Below, in pieces: positions 1-8,696 of a DNA stretch of 37,232 bases. The notes below the pieces were generated by a model. The model was not told the DNA's origin and did not search any database. It saw only the letters and a list, made by a program, of their open reading frames with translations. The DNA lies in the IMG/VR virus record IMGVR_UViG_2531839665_000022; one strand, 5' to 3'. Every line of letters begins with the position of its first letter. Positions within the stretch are counted from its first letter, which is position 1. The position numbers and the translations under genes were made by a program. This DNA comes from a virus. Lineage: Duplodnaviria > Heunggongvirae > Uroviricota > Caudoviricetes.

Positions 1-390
1 TTACTCTTTTTTCTCCGTATCTACATCGGGTTCATCAGCAAATAGCTTGCCCTGCATCCGATCCAGTTCTTCTTTTCTTACCCGCTTAACCACGCTGTAG
101 ACCCACTGAAGCGAAACACCAAATTTGCGGGCCAGTTCATGGTGATTACGTCCGTTAAACTCCCTGAAGATTTCCCGGTCGCGCTGACTGACCTTCCATA
201 CCATGCCCATCGGGAAATAAACGTTTTGCCCGCCCCAGACCTGCATCATGCGGTTCGCGACGGCCTGACCAATCTGGTCGGCAATTGCGGGCTCAATATC
301 AATAATCTCGCGAACGGTCTCAGAGGTATGCTGTGCCAGTTCCACCAGGAGTTCCGGCCCTTTACTTCGAAACTGATTCAGGTCGCTCAT
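1..390 (-). CDS. Mor/C-family transcriptional activator (middle/late operon regulator)
   Basis: 129-aa ORF, same length as Mu Mor; C-terminal HTH-like region (GRNHHELARKFGVSLQWVYSVVKR); last gene of the minus-strand early operon, directly after the GemA-like gene as in Mu. Stop codon is at window positions 1-3. Confidence 0.7.
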   Translation of the reverse strand: MSDLNQFRSKGPELLVELAQHTSETVREIIDIEPAIADQIGQAVANRMMQVWGGQNVYFPMGMVWKVSQRDREIFREFNGRNHHELARKFGVSLQWVYSVVKRVRKEELDRMQGKLFADEPDVDTEKKE

Positions 391-853
391 GTTTTACTCC
401 CGCAGCTCTGCGCTGCCACTTCTTCAGTTTCTCAATAACACTGCTTGCCTGTTCAGTATTGAGCCAGCGCAGGGCGCTGATGCCCGTTTCCCGCTTGATC
501 CACCGCGCTAATGCATTTTCTGAACGGTCACGAACAATGCCGGCAGCAGCCATTTCAAGCCATAGCGCACGGATTTTCCTGGATTGCGGATGGTTATCCA
601 GCGGTAAACCGGAGCTGGCTTTTCCTGCAGGCCTAACGCGAAAGCCTTTCCTTTTCATGGATTCCAGCACGCAGTTTAGTTGTGTGGTATCCATTCCTTT
701 GGTTGAGGCTTTACCGGTCAGCCCCTGTAACATCTGGCGGTAGGTGTCTTCATCCATACCCAGTTCATTACGGGCAATATGAATGAGCTGGATAAGACGT
801 TGTTTAGTCATCATCGTTGCTCCTTCTGCCTGCATCACCGATATAATCGACAT
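362..853 (-). CDS. GemA-like protein (Mu gp16 family)
   Basis: N-terminal KQRLIQLIHIARNELGMDEDTYRQML matches the conserved GemA/gp16 N-terminal signature; position just upstream of the mor-like gene. Start is ambiguous among several in-frame Met codons. Confidence 0.65.
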   Translation of the reverse strand: MSIISVMQAEGATMMTKQRLIQLIHIARNELGMDEDTYRQMLQGLTGKASTKGMDTTQLNCVLESMKRKGFRVRPAGKASSGLPLDNHPQSRKIRALWLEMAAAGIVRDRSENALARWIKRETGISALRWLNTEQASSVIEKLKKWQRRAAGVKHERPESVSK

Positions 854-1019
854 ATAAAGGAAGTGCCACAGGCCAGCACAGGAACATCACCGACCAGCTA
901 ATCCAGTAACCGGCACCACTGTAACGTGAATAAAACCCTGAACGGCGGTGCAGTTCAGCAGTACACCAACCGACAAAACAATACCAGAACAGGGCACATA
1001 CAACAGATTCAGTCGTCAT
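804..1019 (-). CDS. small hydrophobic protein, unknown function
   Basis: Internal ATG at 1017-1019 of the 804..1175 ORF gives about 71 aa with two hydrophobic segments; start overlaps the stop of the upstream ORF in the style of translational coupling. Confidence 0.35.
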   Translation of the reverse strand: MTTESVVCALFWYCFVGWCTAELHRRSGFYSRYSGAGYWISWSVMFLCWPVALPLYVDYIGDAGRRSNDDD

Positions 1020-1239
1020 TCTGAATATCCCCCCAACTGATATGAATATTACGGGCAGCAATGACAGGGTCTTTATTCCACCATGCACCTGACATGTATT
1101 TTTCAACCTGTTCGCGTCCGGCAATAACACCAATTGTGATCCCCGGCCTGACGTTCTTAAAAAAGGCGCGGGCAAAAAGGTATCTGGCAGATATTCGGCA
1201 GGCTTTTAATTTCCGGCTGTTACCTGATAACGTAATCAT
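1009..1239 (-). CDS. hypothetical early protein
   Basis: 76-aa ORF packed in the minus-strand early operon; 4-bp overlap with the upstream gene. No recognisable domain. Confidence 0.35.
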   Translation of the reverse strand: MITLSGNSRKLKACRISARYLFARAFFKNVRPGITIGVIAGREQVEKYMSGAWWNKDPVIAARNIHISWGDIQNDD

Positions 1240-1919
1240 CTGGCCTCCAGTTTCTGCTGTTCCCGCCCACTGACCGGTCGGTGCAGTCTGACGTTCTGCC
1301 CTTCTCGAAACCCCGCATAGCGCGAGGCGTCGCCATTGCGACTTCTTCCCGGTTTACGCGCCCTGGTGGTTTGCGTCTGCGGGTATTTATGTTCCAGCCA
1401 CTGCTGCATCAGTTCACGTTCGTCATCGGTCAGGGCGAAGGACTGTATTTCACTGATAACGGCCAGCACCCAGCCTTCAGCAAACTGGTCTCCACGGCTG
1501 GTGCGGGTGGCGGTTTTTATTCTTTTGTTCTGTGCACTGATATACTGCTGACGCGCCTTTTTCAGCTGACGGGCCAGCACATCCCAGGTGTACGCGGCCA
1601 GTGCGGCCCGTTCCCGGTTGCCGTAGAACCCCACCCCCGGATATGTGCCGGGGTGAATGATGGAGTTAACACCAAATGCCTCGCGGATGATGTTCATCAG
1701 GCCCAGCATGTAGCGCGGCGGACGGAGGCTGCCTGTCGGCCAGTAGTGACTGATGGTTTCATCAATATCACTCATGGCGATGTCGGAATGTGTGATGCCG
1801 TGAACATCCATCAGTTTACGGGCGCGGCGCAGTGCCAGAGCAGCCTCATGCGGGTTGCCGGATGCTGCCAGCGCCAGCAACTTTTTCAGTTTCTCAATGT
1901 GCTTATCCTGGTCTGTCAT
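1236..1919 (-). CDS. DUF2786-like domain protein
   Basis: N-terminal IEKLKKLLALAASGNPHEAALALRRARKLM resembles the DUF2786 signature common in phage early regions; 227 aa. Confidence 0.55.
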   Translation of the reverse strand: MTDQDKHIEKLKKLLALAASGNPHEAALALRRARKLMDVHGITHSDIAMSDIDETISHYWPTGSLRPPRYMLGLMNIIREAFGVNSIIHPGTYPGVGFYGNRERAALAAYTWDVLARQLKKARQQYISAQNKRIKTATRTSRGDQFAEGWVLAVISEIQSFALTDDERELMQQWLEHKYPQTQTTRARKPGRSRNGDASRYAGFREGQNVRLHRPVSGREQQKLEAR

Positions 1920-2116
1920 TGTTCAGTATCTCCGGTATTTTTTTGCTGTTCCCATGCCCGAACAGCGTCGGACAGCTCTTTCAGGCTGTATGCTGCTTTA
2001 AGCTTTTCCCATAACCACTGCGTCACCACGTGGGTCAGCAGGGCAACCAGGGCGAATCCGGCGCAGATGCACACGGCTATACCAGTAAGCAGGAAAGCCC
2101 ATACCACAATTTCCAT
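1916..2116 (-). CDS. small membrane protein, unknown function
   Basis: ATG at 2114-2116 gives 66 aa (MEIVVWAFLLTGIAVCICAGFALVALLTHVV...) with one clear TM helix; the longer 145-aa reading is a basic, low-complexity extension that overlaps the next gene. Confidence 0.4.
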   Translation of the reverse strand: MEIVVWAFLLTGIAVCICAGFALVALLTHVVTQWLWEKLKAAYSLKELSDAVRAWEQQKNTGDTEQ

Positions 2117-2123
2117 AATGGTG

Positions 2124-2507
2124 TCAGTCACTGGTACCTCCTGTGGTGGTCTGGTCAGGTGCGGCGTGTGTCCTGTGGTATTTCCTGAACCAGTGGTACA
2201 GGGCAGCCAGTTTTCTGTCGATAACTTCAGTTTCCCTGTTGAAGTATTCCTGTGCCTCTTTCTCCTCTTGCGGCGGCAGTTCGCCCGGCCCACACAGGGT
2301 GTTGTAAATCCACGCCATGCCGTTCCTGGCATCACCGGTGGCCCGCCACTCAATCACTGCAGCTTTCATGACGACCAGATTGCGCCCGAAGTACAGGTCC
2401 ACCTCTTCAAATCTCTTGCGCAGGTATTCGTTTTCGTCTTCCAGTACCCGAATACGCTGTGCAGCATCTTCCGGCGTCAGTTGTGGCGTCTGTTCGGTGC
2501 GGTTCAT
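2124..2507 (-). CDS. hypothetical early protein
   Basis: 127-aa ORF with coiled-coil-like N-terminus in the early operon; no recognisable domain. Confidence 0.45.
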   Translation of the reverse strand: MNRTEQTPQLTPEDAAQRIRVLEDENEYLRKRFEEVDLYFGRNLVVMKAAVIEWRATGDARNGMAWIYNTLCGPGELPPQEEKEAQEYFNRETEVIDRKLAALYHWFRKYHRTHAAPDQTTTGGTSD

Positions 2508-2806
2508 ATGATTTCTCCGGTGTATGTGACGCCCAGCCGTGCGGCAAGGCGTTCCAGTTTTTTCTGTTTGTGGAAGTCAATCAGCCGGTCCATTCCCTGA
2601 AGGCGCAGCTGCTCTGTCATGATTTCCACGTCTGCCAGCTCTGCCGCGAGGTCACTTTCGCTGCCCTGTCCGTTCAGGTTGCGGGCGGCACTGGCCGCCA
2701 GTTCAGCGGCCTCTTCTGTCAGTTTCAGGGCCTGTGCGTCCGGCCCGAAACGCTGCAGGGCCAGACGGTAGAGGGCGGTGCGGGTGAGTTCGGTGTTCCG
2801 TGTCAT
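2504..2806 (-). CDS. MazG-like nucleotide pyrophosphohydrolase domain protein
   Basis: 100 aa with paired acidic motifs (LTEEAAELAA ... AAELADVEIMTEQL) typical of small phage MazG-like proteins. Confidence 0.5.
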   Translation of the reverse strand: MTRNTELTRTALYRLALQRFGPDAQALKLTEEAAELAASAARNLNGQGSESDLAAELADVEIMTEQLRLQGMDRLIDFHKQKKLERLAARLGVTYTGEII

Positions 2807-2815
2807 GCCGCGCCC

Positions 2816-3088
2816 TCAGTGTTTCCGGTCGACGGTGATGTTCAGGCCGCCTTCTGCAGTGGTTTCCACCCGGTACGGCACCTCGTGCTCTGCCGTGTGG
2901 GTGAGTGTGTTCATCAGTACCTGCAGGGCAGCCTCCTTTCCGTTGGTTGCCACAATGGCCTGCGTGGCCATGCTGATTAGCGCCGTCAGGACGTGCTTCA
3001 CATCGGTGAGGTCGCGGCATTCACACTCGTTGACATAGTGTTCAACAAGAGTTCGGGTGCGCTGTCGTGCTTCCTGTGGGGTAATCAT
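2816..3088 (-). CDS. hypothetical early protein
   Basis: 90-aa ORF, 4-bp overlap with the downstream gene; no recognisable domain. Confidence 0.4.
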   Translation of the reverse strand: MITPQEARQRTRTLVEHYVNECECRDLTDVKHVLTALISMATQAIVATNGKEAALQVLMNTLTHTAEHEVPYRVETTAEGGLNITVDRKH

Positions 3089-3279
3089 TGCGCGTCCTCC
3101 CTGTCAGGGCGGGAGAATTCCATGACGGGCACGTCCGCCGAAAAATGCTGGCTGCAGTACGGACAGACCAGGGTGACACGTACTGCAGGTACGTGGTACT
3201 TACCGGACATCACGGCGATGGCGCTGTGAAAACGCAGGGCTGTTATATCCCTCTCGCACTGAATACATTTAAATATCAT
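3085..3279 (-). CDS. zinc-ribbon-like small protein
   Basis: 64 aa with two Cys pairs (CIQCERD ... CPYCSQ) spaced like a zinc ribbon. Confidence 0.4.
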   Translation of the reverse strand: MIFKCIQCERDITALRFHSAIAVMSGKYHVPAVRVTLVCPYCSQHFSADVPVMEFSRPDREDAQ

Positions 3280-3376
3280 AATTTAATTCTCCTCTGTTTC
3301 CGGCGTGCAGAAGCCCACGGCGCTGACGCCGGAATAAAAAAGAAAATGTTTTTATTAAATAATTAACGTGGTGTGT

Positions 3377-3907
3377 TTACTGCACATCCTGCTCAAAAGG
3401 AATTATTGAAAAATCCTCAATATCACTTTTTATGGTAATACCGGGAATATTTTTCACGGCGTCCTTTTCATTCAGGATAGCGTCTTTATTTATTTCCTCC
3501 TTTACACGGATAAAGCGCTCAAGCCCCAGACGTCTCAGTAATTCAATAACATTATCCGCCCCACGGATACTGACTGATGGCGGACGGTTTCGCCACTGCA
3601 CCTCGCCGGTGGTGAGGTTAGCGAACTTCACCTTCCCGTTGCCGGTCAGTTCATCACGGTGTGCCTCACACCATGTCTGAATACCGGACTGCAGTTCGGC
3701 CATGCGTTTTTTCAGGCTCTCGGTGAGCGGGGCATAACGTGCGGTGATATCGCCAATGGCGTCATTCATTTCTGTTTCAGCCCTGACCAGTTCACGGTGT
3801 GCGTCACCGAGCAGTCTGATGCCCTCAATGACCTCTTCACGTGTCCCCGGCACCCAGAGTGCTGCTGCGGCCTTGATACGTTTTGCACCTTTTGTACTTT
3901 TTGCCAT
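3377..3907 (-). CDS. gam: Gam-like host-nuclease inhibitor protein
   Basis: 176 aa, collinear with Mu Gam as I recall it: MAK..KRIK.AAA, TEMNDAI..IT, WCEA.RDELT..GKVK.ANL.TG.V.WR.RPPSVSIRG, LGL.RFIR.K.EINK.AIL, GIT.KS.IEDFSIIPFEQ. Confidence 0.85.
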   Translation of the reverse strand: MAKSTKGAKRIKAAAALWVPGTREEVIEGIRLLGDAHRELVRAETEMNDAIGDITARYAPLTESLKKRMAELQSGIQTWCEAHRDELTGNGKVKFANLTTGEVQWRNRPPSVSIRGADNVIELLRRLGLERFIRVKEEINKDAILNEKDAVKNIPGITIKSDIEDFSIIPFEQDVQ

Positions 3908-3934
3908 TTTTTATGATTTCTCCAGTTGTGCTGA

Positions 3935-4204
3935 TTACCACAAAGATTCCGGCCACACGACGCGACAGCCGTGCAGTTCGAAAACGCCCTGACGGAAATA
4001 TCCCCTGTGGTCATGTCCGGTATACAGATAACAGGCCTTTCCCTGCTCAAGCATGCGCATGCAATGCGCACTCCTGGAAACGCGGATGACAGGTTTGTTA
4101 CCCCTGATGGTGATGCTTTGTACATCCGTGTTCGTCGCCTTAAGCGCCATAATGGCTGACTGCACTTTACTGATTTGCTGGTTGATACCTGTGGTGGATT
4201 TCAT
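3935..4204 (-). CDS. hypothetical protein
   Basis: 89-aa ORF between the B-like and Gam-like genes; no recognisable domain. Confidence 0.35.
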   Translation of the reverse strand: MKSTTGINQQISKVQSAIMALKATNTDVQSITIRGNKPVIRVSRSAHCMRMLEQGKACYLYTGHDHRGYFRQGVFELHGCRVVWPESLW

Positions 4205-4206
4205 TA

Positions 4207-5400
4207 TTAAACCCCTTTGACAACGTCAGCGTTGACCTGTGGAACCCCGATTTCAGCGGCCAGATTCATGGCGGCTATTACCAGGTTACTGACGGCCAGC
4301 GGATACAGCAGGCTGACCCTGTTTTTACGATGACTTCCCGGATTGCTCAGGCGGGCACGTATGGCATCCACTGCGCCGGTGTCCATAATGTCCGTCAGTT
4401 GTTTACCGGCCCGTTGCAGTTTGAACGTCAGAAATTCTTCAAGGTGATTGTCCAGAGGCAGAAGTTCGACCACCTCACAGCGCTGAACGACTTCGCGGAC
4501 TTCCATGTTGCGTTCAGACAGTTTTGTCGCCAGTTCCGGCTGGCCAATCAGCACGATGGACAGCAGCTTTTTGAAACCGGACTCCAGCTCAAAAAAGCGT
4601 TTGAGGTGTTTCAGTGTCGGAATGGGCAGACTGTGAGCCTCCTCAATCACCAGAACGTGGCTGAACCCCGCCTGGTTGCTGTCTTTCAGGACGCGATGCA
4701 ACTGGCGAAAGCGGGCGTCCTGACTGCGTCTGATGCTTTCCAGTGGTGCGATGGTACTGATAATGGCTTCGGCAATCGCTGCTGCCTTCAGAGTTTTCCC
4801 TTTCACATCGTTGTCTTCCATAGCGATGATGTATGGCTCGATAACAATCACTGGCGCATTCTCGCGGTTGATACGTTCAGTCAGGTCACGGCGCAGCGTG
4901 GATTTACCCGCACCGGACTCACCGATGACGGCCATAAACCCACCATGACGGGCTGTCTGGTACAACGCCTCACGCACGTAGCGAATGTCTGGTGTGGTGA
5001 ACACATCATCAGAACCCTGCATGGCTTCGTCGGCGAACGGGTCACGGAAAAGACCAAACGCTTTTTTGGTTGCTGGAAATAACACCTGTTTTTTGAGTAA
5101 CATATTCTCTTCCTCACTGAGGCTCGTTTTATCTGTGGTACCCGCTGTACGGGGCGTGGCCGCGCCCTGTACAGCATCAAAACTCTTCGCTGTATCAATC
5201 CCCTGACTTTCCAGCCAGGACGCAAGACGCCGGCGCACTTCTCCGGGGCTGGTGCGGGGCCACGCGTTATGATTCACAATCTGGGCCAGCGTGGCCTCAG
5301 AAACATCGACAGCTCTCGCCACCACCGCCTGTGGAATACGGGCCTCTTTCAGTTGCTGCTTCAGTACCAGCATGTTTCCCTCCTCAGTTGCCGTTAACAA
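4207..5400 (-). CDS. AAA+ ATPase, Mu B-like transposition target-capture protein
   Basis: N-terminal HTH-like segment, Walker A (VIGESGAGKST), Walker B-like (HVLVIEEAHSL); lies immediately after the transposase gene with a 17-bp overlap. Confidence 0.75.
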   Translation of the reverse strand: MLTATEEGNMLVLKQQLKEARIPQAVVARAVDVSEATLAQIVNHNAWPRTSPGEVRRRLASWLESQGIDTAKSFDAVQGAATPRTAGTTDKTSLSEEENMLLKKQVLFPATKKAFGLFRDPFADEAMQGSDDVFTTPDIRYVREALYQTARHGGFMAVIGESGAGKSTLRRDLTERINRENAPVIVIEPYIIAMEDNDVKGKTLKAAAIAEAIISTIAPLESIRRSQDARFRQLHRVLKDSNQAGFSHVLVIEEAHSLPIPTLKHLKRFFELESGFKKLLSIVLIGQPELATKLSERNMEVREVVQRCEVVELLPLDNHLEEFLTFKLQRAGKQLTDIMDTGAVDAIRARLSNPGSHRKNRVSLLYPLAVSNLVIAAMNLAAEIGVPQVNADVVKGV

Positions 5401-7153
5401 TGCTGATAACGCTGCTGCGGGCCGGCGTGGTCAGCGTGGCCATGACTTCATCCAGTGCGGCTTCCGGTACGCCGTCCGGATACTGTGCCGTTAACTGGCG
5501 GTAATGTTCCGGCGTCCAGGTAAGGCCGTCGGCGCTGAACTTATCGCGCAGGGCTTTCGCGGCCTCCACATGAGTCATGGGACGTTGTTCAGTGCGCAGC
5601 CCGCGTACGTCAGAGGCCTGACCTCGCTTCGGTATACAGGCCGGAAGTGTGGCGTCATCAATATGTTTATATGGGTCAAGCCGCCCGCCGAACGGCAGCG
5701 CCTTCGCCTTGCGTGCGGCAGCTGCATCTGCGGCGTTGTCTGTACCGGTGACCAGCGCTTCGGTTTCTTTTGCCGCCATCTGCGCCGGGGTTTCCGGCAG
5801 GGCTTTGTAACTTTCGCCAAATACCGCCGCGCTTTCAGCAAAGCCAAACTCGTTCTTTCTGACCTCTTCGACCAGGAAGAACGCCTCGTGGCCGTCCTCA
5901 CCGGTCAGAACCACCTGTGCCACATCGCTGCGCCACGGGTTACGGGTAATCATCAGTTTTTCACCGACCAGTACGCCCGGTACCGTTGATACGTCAAATT
6001 CAGTGCCCCGGAACGAGACACGAAGTTTTGGCGTGACTTTGCGGAGTTCTGGTGTCGCCACAGCCAGTTCACGGCATACCTCAACGGAAGGCGCTTTTTT
6101 CAGCTGCTCAGCAGTAATCTTCAGCCAGATATCCGTGCGGGTTTTACCGTGGCGGCTGTGAACAGCCGTGGCGTTAAAGTGGCTGCGCCATTTCGCGGCC
6201 AGCGCGTTGAGTTCTTCCAGACTGTGAACCGGCCGGAACTTCAGACCCGGCTCCAGCTTGCGTTCGATAATGTCACGCGCCTTTTCCACCTGTCCGGTGG
6301 CGCGGGCGTTATGCGGCTTGTGTGCTATCAGGTCGATGCCCAGTGAGCGGCACATGTTTTTCGTCATACCCGCGGTGTTTGCCGAGCCGGGGTCGAGATA
6401 GAGTATTTTCGGCACGCCGTGCAGCACGTCTGCGCCGCCACGCTCCTGCATGGCGTTGATAAGCACAGAACACAGGTTCTCACCGGATTCCGCACCCGTC
6501 ACATACTCAACGTAAATCCAGCCGCTGGCATGGTCGGTAATCTCGTAACTCCACACGCGGTCACTGGCGATACAGGCAAGGTTAGCGGGCTTGTTCTTGT
6601 AGAACTTCGCGCTGTCCATCACCTGCAGTCCTTTGTGTCCATTACTCAGGTAGTAAAGCGTGCAGAGCGAGGCATCAATCTGCCAGACATGATTGGGATG
6701 CAGACTGGCCACTTCGGTATGCGGCGCAGGGGCATCCAGTTGTTCCGGGTGCAGGCCATAGTTACGCAGGGCTCGGCTGATGGCATCTTCGGACAACGGG
6801 AAAAACTCACCGGTGGTTTCATCTGTTCTGCCTGCGGAGATAAAGCCATTAGCCCGCAGGGTTTCCACTGCATCCGCGATGGAATAGAGACGCTTACCGT
6901 TCTTGCGGGTGGCCTCACGCAGTGTGGCAGATATCAGCGCGGCTTCGTCGCGGGTCAGGGCGCTGCGCCCGGCATCGGCGCGTTTTTTGCGTTTATCAGT
7001 CACAGAGACCTCCTTCAGCCTGCGCAGCAGAGTGGCGCGGGACATGCCAAGTTCAGCACAGGCAGCGTCGTATATTGCACCGCGTTTACCATGCCCCGCG
7101 TCACGTGCCGCGCGGGCGACATAAACCAGTCGTTCAGTCAGGGCAGCATTCAT
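5384..7153 (-). CDS. DDE transposase, Mu A-like (integrase-core fold)
   Basis: 589 aa; N-terminal HTH (MSRATLLRRLKEV), candidate catalytic residues in the HVWQIDAS and ILYLDPGSANTAG segments, followed by the B-like ATPase. Confidence 0.8.
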   Translation of the reverse strand: MNAALTERLVYVARAARDAGHGKRGAIYDAACAELGMSRATLLRRLKEVSVTDKRKKRADAGRSALTRDEAALISATLREATRKNGKRLYSIADAVETLRANGFISAGRTDETTGEFFPLSEDAISRALRNYGLHPEQLDAPAPHTEVASLHPNHVWQIDASLCTLYYLSNGHKGLQVMDSAKFYKNKPANLACIASDRVWSYEITDHASGWIYVEYVTGAESGENLCSVLINAMQERGGADVLHGVPKILYLDPGSANTAGMTKNMCRSLGIDLIAHKPHNARATGQVEKARDIIERKLEPGLKFRPVHSLEELNALAAKWRSHFNATAVHSRHGKTRTDIWLKITAEQLKKAPSVEVCRELAVATPELRKVTPKLRVSFRGTEFDVSTVPGVLVGEKLMITRNPWRSDVAQVVLTGEDGHEAFFLVEEVRKNEFGFAESAAVFGESYKALPETPAQMAAKETEALVTGTDNAADAAAARKAKALPFGGRLDPYKHIDDATLPACIPKRGQASDVRGLRTEQRPMTHVEAAKALRDKFSADGLTWTPEHYRQLTAQYPDGVPEAALDEVMATLTTPARSSVISIVNGN

Positions 7154-7156
7154 TGG

Positions 7157-8068
7157 TTATGCCTCCAGCCCGTTAATCTGTGGCGTCGGCTCAGTCAGCC
7201 ATGAAGGCGCTGCATTGCCTGTTGGCTCGTCCGGCAGGTCAAATGTGGAGCGCAGGCTACGCGCTGTGCTTTCCAGTTGACAGACCAGGCCTGCCATGAA
7301 GTCTCTGGGGGTATCAATCATGTTTTCAGCACAATATGCGCACAGTGTCTCAAAAGCGCTGGACAGTCGAACGGCGATAGCAGATTCCGCCTCAACCGCT
7401 AATGCTGTCACTTCCGCCCGCAGCTTCTTAACCTCCTCATCAGGCTCAGGCGGCTGAATACGGGATTTCTTTTCCAGTCTGGTAGAGAGAGAATCAATTT
7501 TTTCATTTTTATCGGCGAGTACGCGCTGTTGTGCTGCGTTGGTTTCGCGCGCTTCGCGCAGGGCCTGGCGAAGTTCGCGTACTGACATGCGATCAACGTC
7601 GTCAAGCGTCAGGCCGGCAACTGTGCCGCCGTCGGCCAGTTCGGCAAGCTCTTCGTCGTCTTCTGTCATTAATTCGAAAAGTTTGGCTTTTCCCAAATGT
7701 GCCAACGTTGGCACATTTGGTTTCAGCGCCGGGGATAAGTATTTTGTCGATGCTTGCATCATTCTCACAGATGTCCGGTATGCCAGCCCCAACTCACTTT
7801 CAAGAATCTTTATAAACTCCCCGTGTGGTTCATTTTCCTTAAGGATTATCAGCCGCTTACCTGCCTCCAGCATGGCCTCAGCGCTCTGTGCCATATAAAA
7901 GCGTGCCTCATGGACAACACGATCGCGCTCATAGGGCAGACCATCGCCGAACTGTTGCATGATTTCCATGCGATGCTGTGTCATGGCGTTTAGACTGACA
8001 TTGAGATCATCCGACAGCGGTACCTCGACGTTCAGTTCAGTGCTAACCGGTGATTTGGTGCGTCCCAT
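7157..8068 (-). CDS. hypothetical early protein with coiled-coil region
   Basis: 303-aa ORF between the regulators and the transposase; acidic and coiled-coil-like middle; no domain I can name. Confidence 0.45.
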   Translation of the reverse strand: MGRTKSPVSTELNVEVPLSDDLNVSLNAMTQHRMEIMQQFGDGLPYERDRVVHEARFYMAQSAEAMLEAGKRLIILKENEPHGEFIKILESELGLAYRTSVRMMQASTKYLSPALKPNVPTLAHLGKAKLFELMTEDDEELAELADGGTVAGLTLDDVDRMSVRELRQALREARETNAAQQRVLADKNEKIDSLSTRLEKKSRIQPPEPDEEVKKLRAEVTALAVEAESAIAVRLSSAFETLCAYCAENMIDTPRDFMAGLVCQLESTARSLRSTFDLPDEPTGNAAPSWLTEPTPQINGLEA

Positions 8069-8078
8069 TGATTACTCC

Positions 8079-8387
8079 TTACAAACGACTACCTGAAATA
8101 ACACGTTGGTTGATTTCGTTAATGCGATCCTGTGCACGTGCCATCTCGTTACTGTGGGCCATGGCGATCTGCAGCAACTGGATGCCTGGTGCGAAACGCC
8201 CGTTTTCTAGTTTCAGAGCCAACCCTTCTTCAATGAGCGTGTTAAGTGCCCGGTTGATGTTTGCCGGTGATTCGTGCAGTGCAACCGCTAGTTCCCCGTT
8301 AGAAACACCGTTCAAAGCGTGGCCACGTAAGGCCTTAAGAACGCGCAAAATACGGGTACCTGAGCTTGATGTATTTGGTTTATTCAT
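8079..8387 (-). CDS. winged-helix DNA-binding protein (IclR/MarR-like HTH)
   Basis: 102 aa; RILRVLKALRGHALNGVSNGELAVALHESPANINRALNTLIEEGLAL looks like a winged-helix HTH. Confidence 0.5.
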   Translation of the reverse strand: MNKPNTSSSGTRILRVLKALRGHALNGVSNGELAVALHESPANINRALNTLIEEGLALKLENGRFAPGIQLLQIAMAHSNEMARAQDRINEINQRVISGSRL

Positions 8388-8614
8388 GACGCCTCCTTAA
8401 GGATACCGGGGGTAACTTCTTTACCTATTGCAACCGATAGATCTCGCAAAATCCGATAAGTCAAACGACCGCGAGGTAGTTCACTTTTACCAGCCCAGCG
8501 ACTGACTGCCTGGGTGACTGTTCGTGGTTCATAGCCCGCGTTAAGCGCGAACTGGCGCAAGCTACTGCCTCGTTCAACCAGCCGTGCCCGAACTTGTTGT
8601 TTGTTCATATGCAC
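8384..8614 (-). CDS. Ner-like DNA-binding protein
   Basis: 76 aa, first gene of the minus-strand early operon; SLRQFALNAGYEPRTVTQAVSRW parallels the Mu Ner HTH segment as I recall it; divergent from the repressor gene. Confidence 0.55.
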   Translation of the reverse strand: MHMNKQQVRARLVERGSSLRQFALNAGYEPRTVTQAVSRWAGKSELPRGRLTYRILRDLSVAIGKEVTPGILKEAS

Positions 8615-8696
8615 CGTGTTCCTGTTAGGTTATGATGTACTCTATTGGGTCTATTGTACACACCCAAATGAGTGTGTCAAATTGAGATATGTTCAA
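8615..8696. promoter_or_regulatory. divergent early/repressor promoter-operator region
   Basis: 82-bp AT-rich spacer between divergent Ner-like and repressor genes; contains a CTATTG direct repeat, a TGTAC/GTACA inverted repeat and the dyad TACACAC-N9-GTGTGTC (8657-8679). Confidence 0.5.

Noticed and set aside
1281-2600. 439-aa plus-strand ORF
   Set aside because: Lies antisense to a run of well-packed minus-strand early genes; low-complexity Cys/Arg-rich translation typical of a spurious ORF in GC-rich DNA; no RBS or start context.
6419-7204. 261-aa plus-strand ORF
   Set aside because: Antisense to the transposase gene; the translation has no domain character and the region is fully accounted for by the minus-strand gene.
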